Origin: Octopus vulgaris
Lineage: Eukaryota
DNA length: 64,000 bases
NCBI GenBank assembly: GCA_951406725.2
Contig: OX597823.1
Coordinates: 102,486,001-102,550,000 of the forward strand
Reading direction: 5' to 3'
Shown: piece after piece, positions 11,747-25,159 of the stretch
Position numbering within the stretch: position 1 is the stretch's first letter
How the letters are laid out: each line of letters begins with the position of its first letter
Notes under the pieces: generated by a model
Databases searched by the model: none
Told to the model about the DNA's origin: nothing
What the model saw: the letters and a program-made list of their open reading frames with translations, nothing else
Translations under genes and position numbers: made by a program

Positions 11747-14700
11747 CACATACACACACATGTATATATATCACTCTTGGTATGTCACTTTGTCTCTCCA
11801 TTTAGTCTTCTAGTTCTCTTCCTATTGCACATGATTCACCAAAGAAATCGGGAACCTCCCCTTTACTTATTCTCGTTTCATGCTTTCTTACAGATCTGAC
11901 TCATTTCATTCAATTTTTCTCCCTCCCCCCTCTCTCTCTCTCTCTCTCTCGAAATATGAATGTTTTAATCCATTCCGCCCCATATTTATCTATACATCTA
12001 TCAATCCATATTTTTTGACTGAGCACTTATACACCTGTTTGCACCTCTCATTCACACATCAAGGTTGCTACTTAAATACATACTTGTTTATGTATCATAT
12101 TCTCTCTCTGTTTTATACATATACACACACTAATGCTTCTACCATTCTCTCTATACATGCTTTCTATGAATGATGTATGTGTACATTTACCTACCTACCT
12201 CATCCTATGCTTCTTCGATCTATTCTATACTGTCATTTCTCTCTTCACACATACATATACACACATCTAAATATCTAAACCATAAATATCTGGGCATTTT
12301 AGCCGGATAAGGTAGGTACCGAGTGAACCAATTAACTGTATTAATAAACCGTTCACTTCGTGCTCTCTCAAGGCCGAGAAAACCAGAAAGAAAATCTAAG
12401 CTGTTAAACTCTATATGTAAATCGAATGATATTGTTTATCATGGGAACCCTCTTTCAATAGTGATTTATCAGCACTTTTTTTCTCTTACGATGAAACTGT
12501 CAGATGTAATCTGTATTAATCTAGACGTGTGTCAAAGAGGGAAGAGTTGTAATAGACTCAGGCCAGACGTTAAATGTAGATCCCATTTCAAACTACTCAT
12601 TGCTTTAGTAATTAGTGCTAAATACATTTCTTTACAGGTTACGAGTATGTGTATGTAGTGTACTTAATAGAAAAGAATACAAGAATTAGAATGATTTCTT
12701 AAAAACAAAAAAGACTCAAGGTTCCCTTTTGCCTGTAGCAGGGGAAGTAGGTCCCTTCAAAATTGAAAACCCATGCCAAACTGACCCACTTGCCTCTTCC
12801 CTGCCTCTATACGGTAAAAAAATATTCCGACCGTCTTTTGTTTAGTCTTACAGTTTCTTGAACTACATTGACTAGTGTGTCTTCCCTCCTTTTTTAAGGG
12901 TTTTGATAGGAGAAAGAGTTTGGCTTTTATTTGTAGCACGTCGAGCGAAGCTTCCTTGTGTGACTGTTACATGAAGTACTTTCTAGTGTCGGTAGCAGGT
13001 CCCTGTAATTGGGAGGAGGCTGTTTAATAGATCCATTCGAAAATTCGTTAGAACCAAGAACTGGTTGTCGTATAAGCTAATAATATTTTTCTTTTTTCGA
13101 CTATAGGCAAAAGGCCCGAAATTTGGGGTGTTGGAGGTGGGGAACTAGTCGATTACATGATCCTAGTGTTCAGTCGGTACATATTTTATCGACCCTGAAA
13201 GGACGAAAAGCAACGACTACAATGATAAAATATTTCAATTTGCAATACAGAATATTCTTTTCGAGTGAAAGAAACCCCATCGTGTTGTCTAGTTTCCTAC
13301 GTTACTGACGATCCCCCCCGGCAAGCAAAAACGACCGACATGGGCGTAATCTGAACGATAATCTCGTGCAGCTTTCTTCCACTGCCTCCAGTCGACGACG
13401 TCGGACCCTTTATGAATGTCTCTACCAGTGACTTCCTGGAAATAACTGCTAAATTCCTCTCAAACCTCACTCCCAGACCCCACCCAGTATCTTACAAAGG
13501 ACACCGGATAAGGTACTACTGAGTGCACAACGTCTAAAAAAATATGATGAGATGGTCATGGATGGAATGCTGTTGATCATTCGTGTACTAAAACTAAACT
13601 GATAATCTCTAGCCATTATTGTATGGATGGTCATGGATGCATTTCATTGTAACTCATAATGGTTTAGAGGCCAAGCATGAACGCCACAGACAGTAAATTT
13701 CCATCTTGATTTGTAGATCGGAGGCGTTCATGCCTTAAAAGTAAGAAATGGTGATTTCGTCTCGATTGTTGCGCGCGCGCGTTTTTGTGCGGTTTAATGT
13801 CTTGTCATTCTGCCACGTCTATCCTTTGGAAATAAATTGTAGATGGTGTTATATAAATGTGTGTATAGGAAAACAAGTGAGAACTAACGAGAAAGGACGT
13901 GTGTATGGATATCAATGGGAATATGTGTGTTTAAAAATATGTAGTTGTGTGTGCATGTGTATTATTTTTTTAATCTTTAATCAGATGACCGATTATGTCA
14001 AACAAATCCAGTCTCAGTTACTTCGTTGGAATTTAACGATTTCTATTAACATCAAGAGAAACAAAAACCACCCCAAAAAAAAAACTCTTGACATTCGCAG
14101 TTCATTGAAGTTTCTGCCTTCCCAGGCGGTGGAAACTGAGAGAGAGAGAGAGAGATCTGTCAATTACCTCACCCTCGTCGTCATCAGAACTACACTTATG
14201 TTTCATTTAGAAGAATCGTACATGTACCCGAAAAAGATGTTTATTTATTGCATAGGAAACAGCTAATGAAATTGGGAGATGCCCACCCACCCCATTGGTT
14301 GTTTATGTATATATATATATATATATATATTTATTGTATTTTTGTTAGAGTAAAGGAAAAGCGTTAATGCTCATGTATGTATACACATACATGACACATG
14401 CACATATCACATACACGTTATGTTTCGACGCACACGTATTTGAAACTGGCCTTCACTTTATTTGCCCCCTTATTTTAGTTCACACTTAGGCGCGCGTGTA
14501 CACACACACACCCCTGTAGTTTGGTTTCATATAAGTGGCATGCATATACTGATAACTTCCTCCCTCTGCTCTTTGATCTCGCCCCAATACAGCTGATCTA
14601 ATTAATTAATCCTAAAGTAACGTCACATACTAATTAGCTGAGGTTATTATATTAGCTTAGCACCACCAGCTGTACAACTAACTACATGTGTTCGATCTGA

Positions 14701-14989
14701 GTCATTATCTAACCCATTCCGTCACTCTCTCTCTTCTCTTTCTCTCTAATCACAGAAAATGACAACTTTAAAACAGTTTACGATTTCGTTTGGGTCAGCC
14801 CTCTCAAACTATAAAAATCCTACTGGGACCTTCTTTTCTTACGATTGTCTAAATATCTCCCCGTTCCCTCCTGGCATAACTGCTGAAATCATCACCTCTC
14901 TTATTAAGTCAGTGGTCTTCAAAATGACAAACATTAGTTCCCCACCTCCAAAATGTTTATGAAATTCTTGCCACCAATTCTCATGGCCA

Positions 14990-15270
14990 GACATGTTTTT
15001 GCAGAATATTTGAAATGATTGACACTGCTTGTATGACAGGGATTGTTATTTTACAACTATCATGCGATGTTAAGACAAGGAGACACAAACATACACTTGC
15101 ACACACACACACACGATGGGCTACTTTCAGTTTCTGCATGTGAAATCCACTCGTGAGGCTATGCTCGGCCCAGGACCATAGTAGAAGACACTTGCTCAAG
15201 GTACCATGCAGTGGAACTGAACCTGCAACCATGTAGTTGGGAAGCAAACTTCTTATCACACAGCCATGAT
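14990..15270 (-). mobile_element. SINE family A variant
   Basis: TTTCAGTTTC...AGTAGAAGACACTTGCTCAAGG...GAACTGAACC family-A 5' half. Confidence 0.7.
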
Positions 15271-15694
15271 GGGATGAGTCATGGCTAAAATGTCTTTGAT
15301 CATAAGTCTATTCATTCAGAACTGTATTTGAACTGAACAACTTCCAGGTCATGAATACAAGTCAATGACTCAAAAGATATGGTCACTTAATCTGCTAGAG
15401 ATGGAAACCAAATCTCCTTCAAACTGCACTCTATCGTCTTAAAAAGTGAAAGATGCATTAAATGGTTCCAGTTTAGTATGTTGCCTATCTGGCCATTTAC
15501 ACTTTTAGTGTGCAGTCTAACCCTAAACTCTAACCTAGATCAGGTCGTTTCACAGCATAGACTCCAGATACTGCTGAAGTGGCACGCATTAAATAATGTT
15601 ATCATTGATATCCTCAAAAAGACAGGATTGGTCACAGTTGAAATACATTTGAAAATACATGTATTCTCCTCAGTCTACTAAAGCAACAAGTTTG

Positions 15695-15730
<36 letters not shown>

Positions 15731-15731
<1 letters not shown>

Positions 15732-16073
15732 TGGCAGTATTGCCCGGCGTTGCTCGGGTTTGTTTCAACCCTTTAGAATTGGAATTTTTGAAAAGTAAAA
15801 AATTTTGCATTATGTAGCTTGTTATTCTCTTTAAGTGAACATTTTTCTGGTTGAAATACACCGAAAAATGGCGACACAGCAGTAAAAAAAATCATAAAAA
15901 ATAGGGATTTTCATAGAAAAAAACACCTTTTTGGTGTTAACATGGTCCGATTTGAATTTTTTCTTCTACGGAAGGAAGAGCAAGCCTTCTATCATACTCT
16001 CAATTTTGGTCAACTTGCACCACAGTGTTAGTTGAAGGCTATCAAACCTGCCATACACAGACAACTTCAGCTT

Positions 16074-16086
<13 letters not shown>
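15731..16086 (-). mobile_element. Non-autonomous Helitron (same family as 52417-52808)
   Basis: Terminal CTGGCAGTATTGCCCGGCGTTGCTCGGG (reverse complement: hairpin plus CCAG, a mutated CTAG); the body aligns by eye with 52417-52808. Confidence 0.75.
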
Positions 16087-16113
<27 letters not shown>

Positions 16114-16115
16114 CA

Positions 16116-17675
16116 CTAGCATTATGACCCGTCGTTGCCGGGTCATAGTGCTAGTGCATGTATATATGTGTACATACTACATGTACATCTACACATAAAA
16201 TACAAAATACAAAGTTATATCTTGATAACAATACTAGTGATAACAATACTCAAAATATATAACAGACTGGAATTGTAGGCCCGTCTCTTGCAATTTCGAT
16301 CAATTGTATCTTGTCCTCCCTCTTGTATAGAAGTGTGGCTACAATCCAGCCTACCTCTACTTCTGGGTTGACATTTTAAATTTTTATCCGGGACGTCCTA
16401 CATCCCAGATATAAAGGTAAAAATAAAATATTTCCACTTTGCAAATTTCGAGTCAAGTAGTCCCTTGCACGCTCCGTTGACTCGAACCTTGCTTCTATTG
16501 TTGCGAATTTACCGCCTCTGGTTAGATATCTTTCATAGTTGCACCAAGACACTTTTCGATGGTGCTTTCCTCCAGGTGTTCAAATCTTTTTTTTCTCTAC
16601 ATTGTATACTTTATAGACAATAGTCTTTTCTTTAATTTAATTTTTTATTTCGTTTGGTGGTGTTATCCTAGATTAACCGTCTTTGTCGGTGATCAATCCG
16701 AAATAGGTTTGTATTTCTTCCATTTTAATTTTAATGAGTTCGCACCCGCCAACGGCTGCAGCAAAATTCATTTTTGGACTTTCTTCTATCGAAGACATTT
16801 TAACAAAAATGCTTCCGTATAAACGGTGAAAATATTGTCAATTTCCCCAAACAGGGACAAAATTCAATTTTTAAACAATAACCAAAGCTCCTCCCAAAGG
16901 GGGAGAGTTACAGTTTACAATTATTTAACAAATGTAACACGACAACGTTTCCCTTACGAGGAACCAACAAACGTGATAACAATAGTTAAACAGTAATAAT
17001 AATAACAACAAACCTTACGGTGAATCAAAAAGCGGTACGCAGTTGAAGCTATAGTCCTTTATGTATAAGAAATAAACCAACAGCAGTACTCAGTAGAAGC
17101 GGCTGTTCGAGAAAACAGACATTACATACAGCCAAACTTCATATAGATACTTAATACTAGCTAATTAGCAGATAATCTAATGTAAAAGCCGTGGTAAACA
17201 GTATGTGCACAGCTCCATCTGGACTATTCCATTTCTGCACACTAATTTTATTTTTAATTTATTCCCATTCATGTGAAACCACTTATTCAAGTTCAAGTCA
17301 TTGATGCAATTTTATACCAATTGCTATTTTTACTTTTGTTATGTTATGATTTAATTTAGTTTGATTTTAATTATTACTTACTACATATAATTGAATTGTT
17401 ATTATTATCTCTAATTTTTATTGTTAAAGTGAAAGTATCTGACATAAGAGAAATGTTTTTGTTTCACTTTTAACACGTAATACTGAAATAGTGGAGAAGA
17501 TATGATATTGCTATCGGCTCTCCGTAGGCAAGAAGTTGAACATTTTTTTTTGCCCACGAAACTACATGGACCTTAAGTAAGGCATGTGTAAAATTTGAAT
17601 GAAATTGGTTGTGTAGTTCTCAAGTTTTAGGGAAACACACAGACACACGTTCTCAGTTTTATATATATATATAGA
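16116..17675 (-). mobile_element. Non-autonomous Helitron with internal LINE-ORF1-like segment
   Basis: CTAG at 16116 with adjacent hairpin GACCCGTCGTTGCCGGGTC; reverse-complement start TCTATATAT...AAAACTGAG at 17675. Confidence 0.7.
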
Positions 17676-19069
17676 CTAGCTGAAGGTGACCCGCTCTACG
17701 CGCGGGTAAGAGTGTGGTTGTTACTTTCTGTTGCTTCCTTTCAGTTAATACACACACAAATGCTATCTGTGTCACATTCATACGCCACACATGCCTTTCT
17801 CGCTTGTTTTCCATGCTCAATGTGCCCTTGTAAACACAACTCATCTCTGTAAGACCCTAGGTCGGTCACGCATACATGTTTGTCCCTTACAACGCGCTAG
17901 CATGCCACACTTTTGTTCCTGCATGACCGAGCCATATAATAGCTCAAGCACTGGCTGGCAGCCTCAGCCTTACTGCATTAATCACTGGCATATTCAATAC
18001 TGTACACTGTATTTCAGCCTAGCAAGCCCTATTGCACTCATGCACCTCTGTTCTGCACGTGTACTCCCTTGTTTTGCAACACGTCTGCGTCAGCTCAATT
18101 CTTCTCCCGACTCAAAGCACGTCGGATGTTCACATGCGCTGCGCTCATGTTTAGGCATAATTTCCTCCTGTTAGACCCCTGTTGGTCACGTAATTAACAG
18201 AGAAAATTATCTGTCTCGCACCCAAGTTGCACCCAAAAAGTGTAAAGAAGCAACCAGTTCCCTTTACGTAACTATCAAAAAGTATTAAAACGTTTAATAT
18301 ACATAAATACAGATATATACATTATATATACATATTTATATAGAACATATATACATATTTATATAGAACACACACACACACACATATATATAAACGCTCG
18401 TTGGTGTGTTCTGTTTGTATTTGGTCGATATTCAGGTCTACTGGGGCCACATTTTATAAGATTAGGAATTTTGTCGTAGAGGTCATGCCTTTAATTTGAG
18501 GAAAAAAATAGTTGTCATGCAAACTTGCCAGCACTTTTAACATAGGTGTGCATATTTTCAGCTGAACTGACCGACCACATAATGCACACATTATATATAA
18601 TTATATGTGTGTGTGTGTGTGTGCACGCATTATATATACAAATTATATATATATATATGTATAAATTAAATTAGAGATAAAACCACTAATAGGCAAATGA
18701 AACAGTAAAAAACCAAAAACAAAAACATAAAAATAAAATTATAATATAATAGACAATAGAATGCGATGGCGACGGCGAAGACAGATATATCAAAGAACGC
18801 AGTCTGACGAACTTTACATTAAATAACGGGAGTGGAATTGTCAAAGTTATATATGAAGGGGAGTGAGAGGGGAATGTAGGAAATAGCGTGAGTGAGGAAG
18901 ATGGCCCCTAGCAAGCACACCTTTTAAGATAGGGATTTCTAAGGTAGCCCACGGGCATTGTCACCTCATTCTACATGTCCCTGTAAATTTTGGAGCGAAT
19001 CGGACGGGACGTAGTGGCATTGAAAGTGATCCAAGCGGTAAAAACGCATTTCAGTTTTATATATAGAGA
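17676..19069 (-). mobile_element. Non-autonomous Helitron abutting the previous one head-to-tail
   Basis: CTAG at 17676 with hairpin ACCCGCTCTACGCGCGGGT; reverse-complement start A|TCTCTATATATAAAACTGA at 19069. Confidence 0.7.
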
Positions 19070-19129
19070 TATGTGTGTGAGTATGTAGTACAACACATGA
19101 TATATTCAGTGTTTTAATATTTCAGTGGA

Positions 19130-19320
19130 TGAAAGTGTTGGCAAAATGCTAAGCGGTATTTTATCTATCTTTACTTTCTGAGTTCAAATTCTGCCAAAGT
19201 CGACTTTGCCTTTCGTCCTTTCAGGGTTAATAAAATAAGTACCAGTTGCGTACTGGAGTTAATGTAATCAACTGACTCCCTACCCTGAAATTGCTAGCCT
19301 TGTGCCAACATTTGAAATCA
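19130..19320 (+). mobile_element. SINE family B
   Basis: AAATGCTAAGCGGTATTT...GTCGACTTTGCCTTTCGTCCTTTCAGGG...AAGTACCAGTT. Confidence 0.7.
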
Positions 19321-19494
19321 TTATTTAAGTACATGTTGTCTTTGTTTAGCTTCCATGATCAGCCCTGATCAAGTAGACCTGTGATCAAAGGTGTAGCAGC
19401 TTTAACTTAGCCCTTGTGTATCTTTTCACCCTTAAGACAGTAGGATGTAGCTAAAGGGTATTTGGTTGTTATTTCTAATAGGACTCTCTTTGTA

Positions 19495-20240
19495 CTCTTT
19501 TACTTGTTTCAGTCATTTGACTGTGGCCATGCTGGAGCACCACCTTTAGTCAAGCAAATCGACCCCAGGACTTATTCTTTGGAAGCCTAGTACTTACTCT
19601 ATCAGTCCCTTTTGCCGAACTGCTAAGTTACGGGGACGTAAACACACCACCATCGGTTGTCAAGTGATGTTGGAGGACAAACACAGACACACAAACATAT
19701 ACACACACATAGATATATATATACATATATATGACAGGCTTCTTTCAGTTTCCATCTACCAAATCCACTCACAAGGCTTTGGTTGGCCTGAGGCTATAGT
19801 AGAAGACACTTGCCCAAGGTGCCACGCAGTGGAACTGAACCCGGAACCATGTGGTTGGTAAGCAAGCTACTTACCACACAGCCACTCCTGCGCCTACTCT
19901 AATAATTTTTTTTTTTCCATATTTTACATATTTCGGCAACTTGGACTGCAGTCATGCAGGGATACCACCTTGAAAAGTCCAATCAAGCAAACCACCCTAG
20001 TACTTGTTTTTTTAAAGCCTGTTACTTATTTTATTGATCTTTTTTGCCAAACTCCTAAGTTATGGGGATGTAAACAAACCAACACCGATTATCACATGGT
20101 GGTAGATAAACACATACACATATACAACAGGCTTCTTTCAGTTTCCATCGACCAAATCCACTTATAAGGTTTTGGTTTTGAACTGAGATTACATGGTAAG
20201 GAAGCAAGCTTTTCAATCGCATGGCCACGTCTGCACTTAA
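19495..20240 (-). mobile_element. Full-length SINE family A (19495-19895) plus a degraded copy
   Basis: Complete head-to-tail match to family A; a second, decayed copy at ~19940-20240. Confidence 0.8.
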
Positions 20241-20668
20241 ATAACGAACAGCCTTAATCAATTCTCAACCCTGTATTGAGGTTTCATCAGAAGTGTCTGC
20301 ATCACTTGACCAGTTCCTTGTTTACTGTGCTTAAATGATAGTGAGTTAGATAGCTTAAATCTACTAAGATTATCTAAGCAGTTAGTAGGCAAAAATTCAC
20401 TCCAGTTGTGATTAAAATCTAAAAACTAAGGTTCTCCAAACAGTTAATAAAAACTTCTGGAGGTATCTAAAATCTTAACAATCAAGCGAGTTAACTCCAA
20501 TAATATGATAACTCGCTATATTACATCGATAGGACCCTGTCATATTTGGATTTAGTATGCATAAAACTCCTCTGACATATTGTTGTTATTTATAGTGTAA
20601 TCTACTTCAATACATACACGTGCACACTAATCACTCTTTATTCTTGCCAAATGAAGAGAATTGCTTAG

Positions 20669-20700
20669 CTGAAGAAGCCTGATAAGACTGAAACATGCCC
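20669..20700 (+). ncRNA. Degenerate hammerhead-like motif (repeat shared with ~57890-57965)
   Basis: CUGAAGA-AGCCU-gaua-AGACU-GAAAC; no clear GUH or stem I. The paralog at 57933 (CUGAAGA-GGUGU-aaug-AGACU-GAAAC) has homologous upstream flank (TCTTGCCAA). Confidence 0.35.
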
Positions 20701-21227
20701 ATTGTGTTCACCAGTTCAAAGACCAGATCTACTTCATTGTATTGTTCAAAGATGTTGATCACCTGATCTTACTAAAGTTACCTCCCTTCTTTTCAGATTT
20801 TTATTACCCTCTAATGGGAGTTTTTCTTTTATAATTGTTTGGCTAATCTCAGTTGAAGTAAGTTTTTCATCATCCTATATTACACATGGAGACCCTACCA
20901 TTTTAATGTTTAATATTGCAGAAGTCTTTCTTGTATTTTTTTCTGTCATTTATTCAACTCGTTATAGTAAATGACAACACTGTTACTTTTATGGTATTTT
21001 ATTGAGAGCTTTTAGTTAATTTTCTGTTGGAAAAAAATCCATTTAACTTCATGACATCGAGGCCCAGAATTGACCTGCAAATAATGGGGTTTGCATGTTA
21101 ACTCCATAAATGAATCTACAACATCAACATAGAGCCAATCAGATTGTGATGGCTCCTTAGCAGTTTCCTCTCCTTTCTTGAATTCTGTCAAAATTATTGG
21201 TGGTTATGGTCTGTTGAAATACAATTT

Positions 21228-21480
21228 ATCATCATCATCATCCGTTTTCCATGCTAGAATGGGTTGGACGGTTCAATCGCGGTCTGGGAAGCCAGACGGC
21301 TGCACCAGGCTCCAGTCTGATCTGGCAGTGTTTCTACAGCTGGATGCCCTTCCTAATGCCAACCACTCCGTGAGTGTAGTGGGTGCTTTTTACGTGCCAC
21401 CGGCACAGGGATCACAACTACAATTTCCATTGATTTTTGATGTTGATGTACTTGACTCAATAGGTCTCCTCAAGCACAGG
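21228..21480 (-). mobile_element. RTE LINE 3' fragment
   Basis: (CAT)n plus family 3' end; subtype shared with 62725-63072. Confidence 0.8.
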
Positions 21481-22017
21481 GTTGAAACAGTGTTTCTTTA
21501 CTTGCCAAAAAAACAAAGTCATTTGCAAACCTGTTATTATCGTGGAATTCACAGGTGTGTGGTAGAGGTTAGCATTATTGTAAGGCTGACTGCCTGTAAA
21601 AATGTAAATTTGACATTTGTTGATTACTGATTATTCTCCTGGTCAGCTGTAACCTAGTTGGCACATGTTACAAATACAACCAATTCACAAACACATCTCC
21701 TGTGCATGGTATATGTCATGTTTATAGAACAAATTACTCTTAGACACCATCTGCATGAAAAACAGTAGTTAGCATTGACATATTTAATACTGGGTGATGT
21801 GAAGGGGTCATCAAACTTGCTAACTAAAGTTAGGGAAAATAAAAAGCAATAATATCAATCATTAAGTTACTGTTGTGATACTTAATGTACAAAGCATCAA
21901 AAAGCTAAGTTTAGCTTTCAATAACTTGTTCAACTGCTTCATTACACACATTGCCCAACATGATTTGGATAAGATTTCAGTTTGGGAGCAGTTTGTTGAT
22001 AGGTGTGTGTGTATATA

Positions 22018-22047
<30 letters not shown>

Positions 22048-22048
<1 letters not shown>

Positions 22049-22475
22049 CATCATCATCGTTTAACGTCCGCTTTCCATGCTAGAATGGGTTGGACGGTTT
22101 GACTGAGGGTTGGCAAACCAGATGGCTGCACTAGGCTCCAGTCTTGATCTGGCAGAGTTTCTACAGCTGGATGCCCTTCCTAACGCCAACCACTCTGAGA
22201 GTGTAGTGGGTGCTTTTACATGCCACCGGCATGGGGCCAGTCAGGCGGTACTGGCAAACACCTCGCTCAAATCTTTTTACACGTGCCACCGGCACAGGTG
22301 CCAGTAAGGCAATGCTGGTAATGATCCCGCTCAAATGGTGCCTCTTACATACCACCGGCACAGAAGCCAGTTAGCCGCTCTTGCGATGATCATGCTCGGA
22401 TGGTGCTCTTAGCACCCTACTAGCACGGGACACAAGTGCCAGTAAGGCAAAGCTGGTAACGATCACATTCGAATG
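22048..22475 (-). mobile_element. RTE LINE 3' fragment
   Basis: (CAT)n plus family 3' end plus minisatellite units. Confidence 0.8.
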
Positions 22476-22519
22476 ATATAGATCGTTAGCTTCTACACGC
22501 ATTTTTTTCTTTCTGTGTA

Positions 22520-22557
22520 TCTTTCTGTGGAAGAGCGTAGGCTCGAAACGTAAAAGA
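22520..22557 (+). ncRNA. Type-I hammerhead-like motif, CUGUNGA variant, copy A (in PLE pLTR fragment ~22480-22650)
   Basis: UCUUU-CUGUGGA-A-GAGC-guag-GCUC-GAAAC-GUA-AAAGA. Confidence 0.6.
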
Positions 22558-22652
22558 CTTTTTCTATTCCTGAGCACTATACTAATACATTTGTTTGTTT
22601 GTACACCACCTGCCTTCATCTTTTGTTTATTTTCGTAAACTTTGCCTTTCTA

Positions 22653-22950
22653 TCATCATCATCATCATCATGCGTCCGCTTTCCATGCTAGCATGGGTTG
22701 GACGGGTCAACTGGGGTCTGTGAAGCTGGAAGGCTTCGTCAGGCCCAGTCAGATCTGGCAGTGTTTCTACGGCTGGATGCCCTTCCTAACGCCAACCACT
22801 CCGCGAGTGTAGTGGGTGTTTTTTACGTGCCACCTGCACAGGTGCCAGACAGAGCTGGCGAACGGCCACGAACGGATGGTGCTTTTACGTGTCACCGGCA
22901 CGGGGCCAGGCGATGCTGGCAACGGACACGAACGGATGGTGCTTTTACGG
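22653..22950 (-). mobile_element. RTE LINE 3' fragment
   Basis: (CAT)n plus family 3' end plus ~60-bp units. Confidence 0.8.
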
Positions 22951-22956
22951 GGCCAG

Positions 22957-22989
<33 letters not shown>

Positions 22990-23594
22990 CTTGCATGAAT
23001 GTGTGTGTCTATTCTGATACCTATTTTGCATTCATTTTCTGTGCTGCAGTGGACAGGCCTTTATGGACTAAATGGTTCTTATTCAAAAGTTGCTGCCATC
23101 TTAGTCGAGTTAGGAGATCACGTCTCACTTGCACATTTCATTTTAGCTTGGTTTCTATGACTGGGTGCCCTTTATATCACTAACCCTTTTACAGAGTTTA
23201 CTGGGTGCATTTTACCATTGTACCAGAACTAGAGATGTTATGTTTTAAAGTGGATTTGGCTGATGGAAACTGAAAGAAGTCCACCATACGTATGTATGTA
23301 TGTATATGTGTGTGTGTCTGTGTAATAGTCTCTTTTCTTTGACATTGCCTGATAGTTTGTAAGCAAGTGTCTCTGTCATCATACAAGTGGGGCCTTTTGT
23401 CTTCAATTGCTCATGAAAACATTTAGCCATGAGATAATATTATCTTACTTTGAAACAGGCGAGGGTTGACAATGGGAAGAGCTTCTGGCTGTAGAAAATC
23501 CACTTCAACAAATTCCATCCAAGCCATGCCAACTGGGGAACATAGATGTCAAAACAATGATGATAGTACTCTGTTCCTAGAATGAACAGATTAA

Positions 23595-24610
23595 TCATCA
23601 TCATCATTGTTTAACGTCTGCTTTCCATGCTGTCATGGGTTGGATGGTTTGACTGAGGACTGGCGAGCCAGATGGCTGCACCAGGCTCCAATCTGATCTG
23701 GCAGAGTTTCTACAGCTGGATGCCCTTCCTAACACCAACAACTCCGAGAGTGTAGTGGGTGCTTTTACATGCCACTGGCATGAGGGCCATGCTCAAATGG
23801 TGTTTTTTACGTTCCACTGGCACAAGTGCCAGTAAGGTGATACTGATAAACAATCATGCTCTAATGGTGCTTTTTACATGCTACTGGCATGGGAGCAGTC
23901 AGCAGCCCTGGCAACGATCATGCTTGGATGGTGCTCTTATTGCTCCACTAGCATGGATACCAATCATGCGGTGCTGTCATCGAATTTGATTTCGATTTCA
24001 CTTGCCTCAACAGGTCTTCGCAAGCAGAGTTTAGTGTCCAATGAAGGAAAGGTACATATAAGTGGGCTGGTTACACTTCTGGTATAGGCCTTTGGTTATG
24101 GTCTCACTTGGCTTGCCGGGCCTTCTCAAGCACAGCATATTTCCAAAGGTCTCGGTCACTAGTCATTGCCTCAGTGAGGTCAAATGTTCGAAGGTTGTGC
24201 TTCACCACCTCATCCCAGGTCTTCCTGGGTCTACCTCTTCCACAGGTTCCCTCAACTGCTAGGGTGCGACACTTTTTCACACAGCTATCCTCATCTATTC
24301 TCGCCACTTGACCATATCAGCACAGTCATCTCTCTTGCACACCACATCTGATGCTTCTTAGGTCCAACTTTTCTTTCAAGGCAATTATACTCTGTCAAGT
24401 ATGCACACTGACATTGCACATCCAGCAGAGCATACTAGCTTTGTTCCTTGCAAGCTTAAACATGTCCTCAGCAGTCACGACCCATGTTTCACTGCCATGT
24501 AGCATGGCTGTTCATACACATGTGTCATACAGTCTACCTTTTACTCTCAACGAGAGGCCCTTTGTCACCAGCAGGGGTAAGAGCTCTCTGAACTTTGCAG
24601 CTAGACACCA
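23595..24610 (-). mobile_element. 5'-truncated RTE LINE (RT C-terminal region, 3'UTR, (GAT)n)
   Basis: KFRELLPLLVTKGLSLRVKGRLYDTCV*TAMLHGSETW ... EGTCGRGRPRKTWDEVVK...DRDLWKYAV runs continuously into the minisatellite UTR and (GAT)n, tying the dispersed tail repeat to RTE. Confidence 0.85.
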
Positions 24611-25159
24611 CTCCTGACTGACTGGTTGTAACTTATGCAGTGTCTGATGGACATTAGGGGTGCAACCAGCAACAGAAAATTACACTTATGTTTGGCACAT
24701 GTAGAAATCATTTTTATTTCAGTGCAAGATGTCATCAACATATATTTGTTTACAATGCCAACATGCACATAGGCTATAGGTGCAGGTATGGCTGTGAAGT
24801 TACAAAGTTCACTTCACCATCATGCGATTCCAGGTTCAATCCCTTGTATTGACCAATGTCTTGTGAGTGAAATTGGTTGACGGGAAATGGTAGGAAGCAT
24901 TTGTGTGTGTGTGTGTAATCGTTATCATTTAGCATTCACTTTTCCATGCTTACATGGGTCGAATGGAGTTTATTGAGGCAGGTTTTCTATGGTCAGATGC
25001 CCTTCCTGTTGCAGACTATCACCTGTTTTCAAGTAAGGTAATAGCTTTCCATGGAAGACTGGAAATGAACACCATGATGATAATTTACTATCATCACATG
25101 CATCCACAAACACACACACACATATACATACACACACTATATATATGTATGTATATATA

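Noticed and set aside
12625-12655. Candidate micro-exon (TTTACAG|GTTACGA|GTATGT)
   Set aside because: 7 nt would shift the frame and does not encode the expected GPRW continuation; likely a chance motif.
13748-14266. 172-aa plus-strand ORF in the first intron
   Set aside because: No recognisable domain, includes simple repeats, no splice context, and does not match the expected SMAP exon 2.
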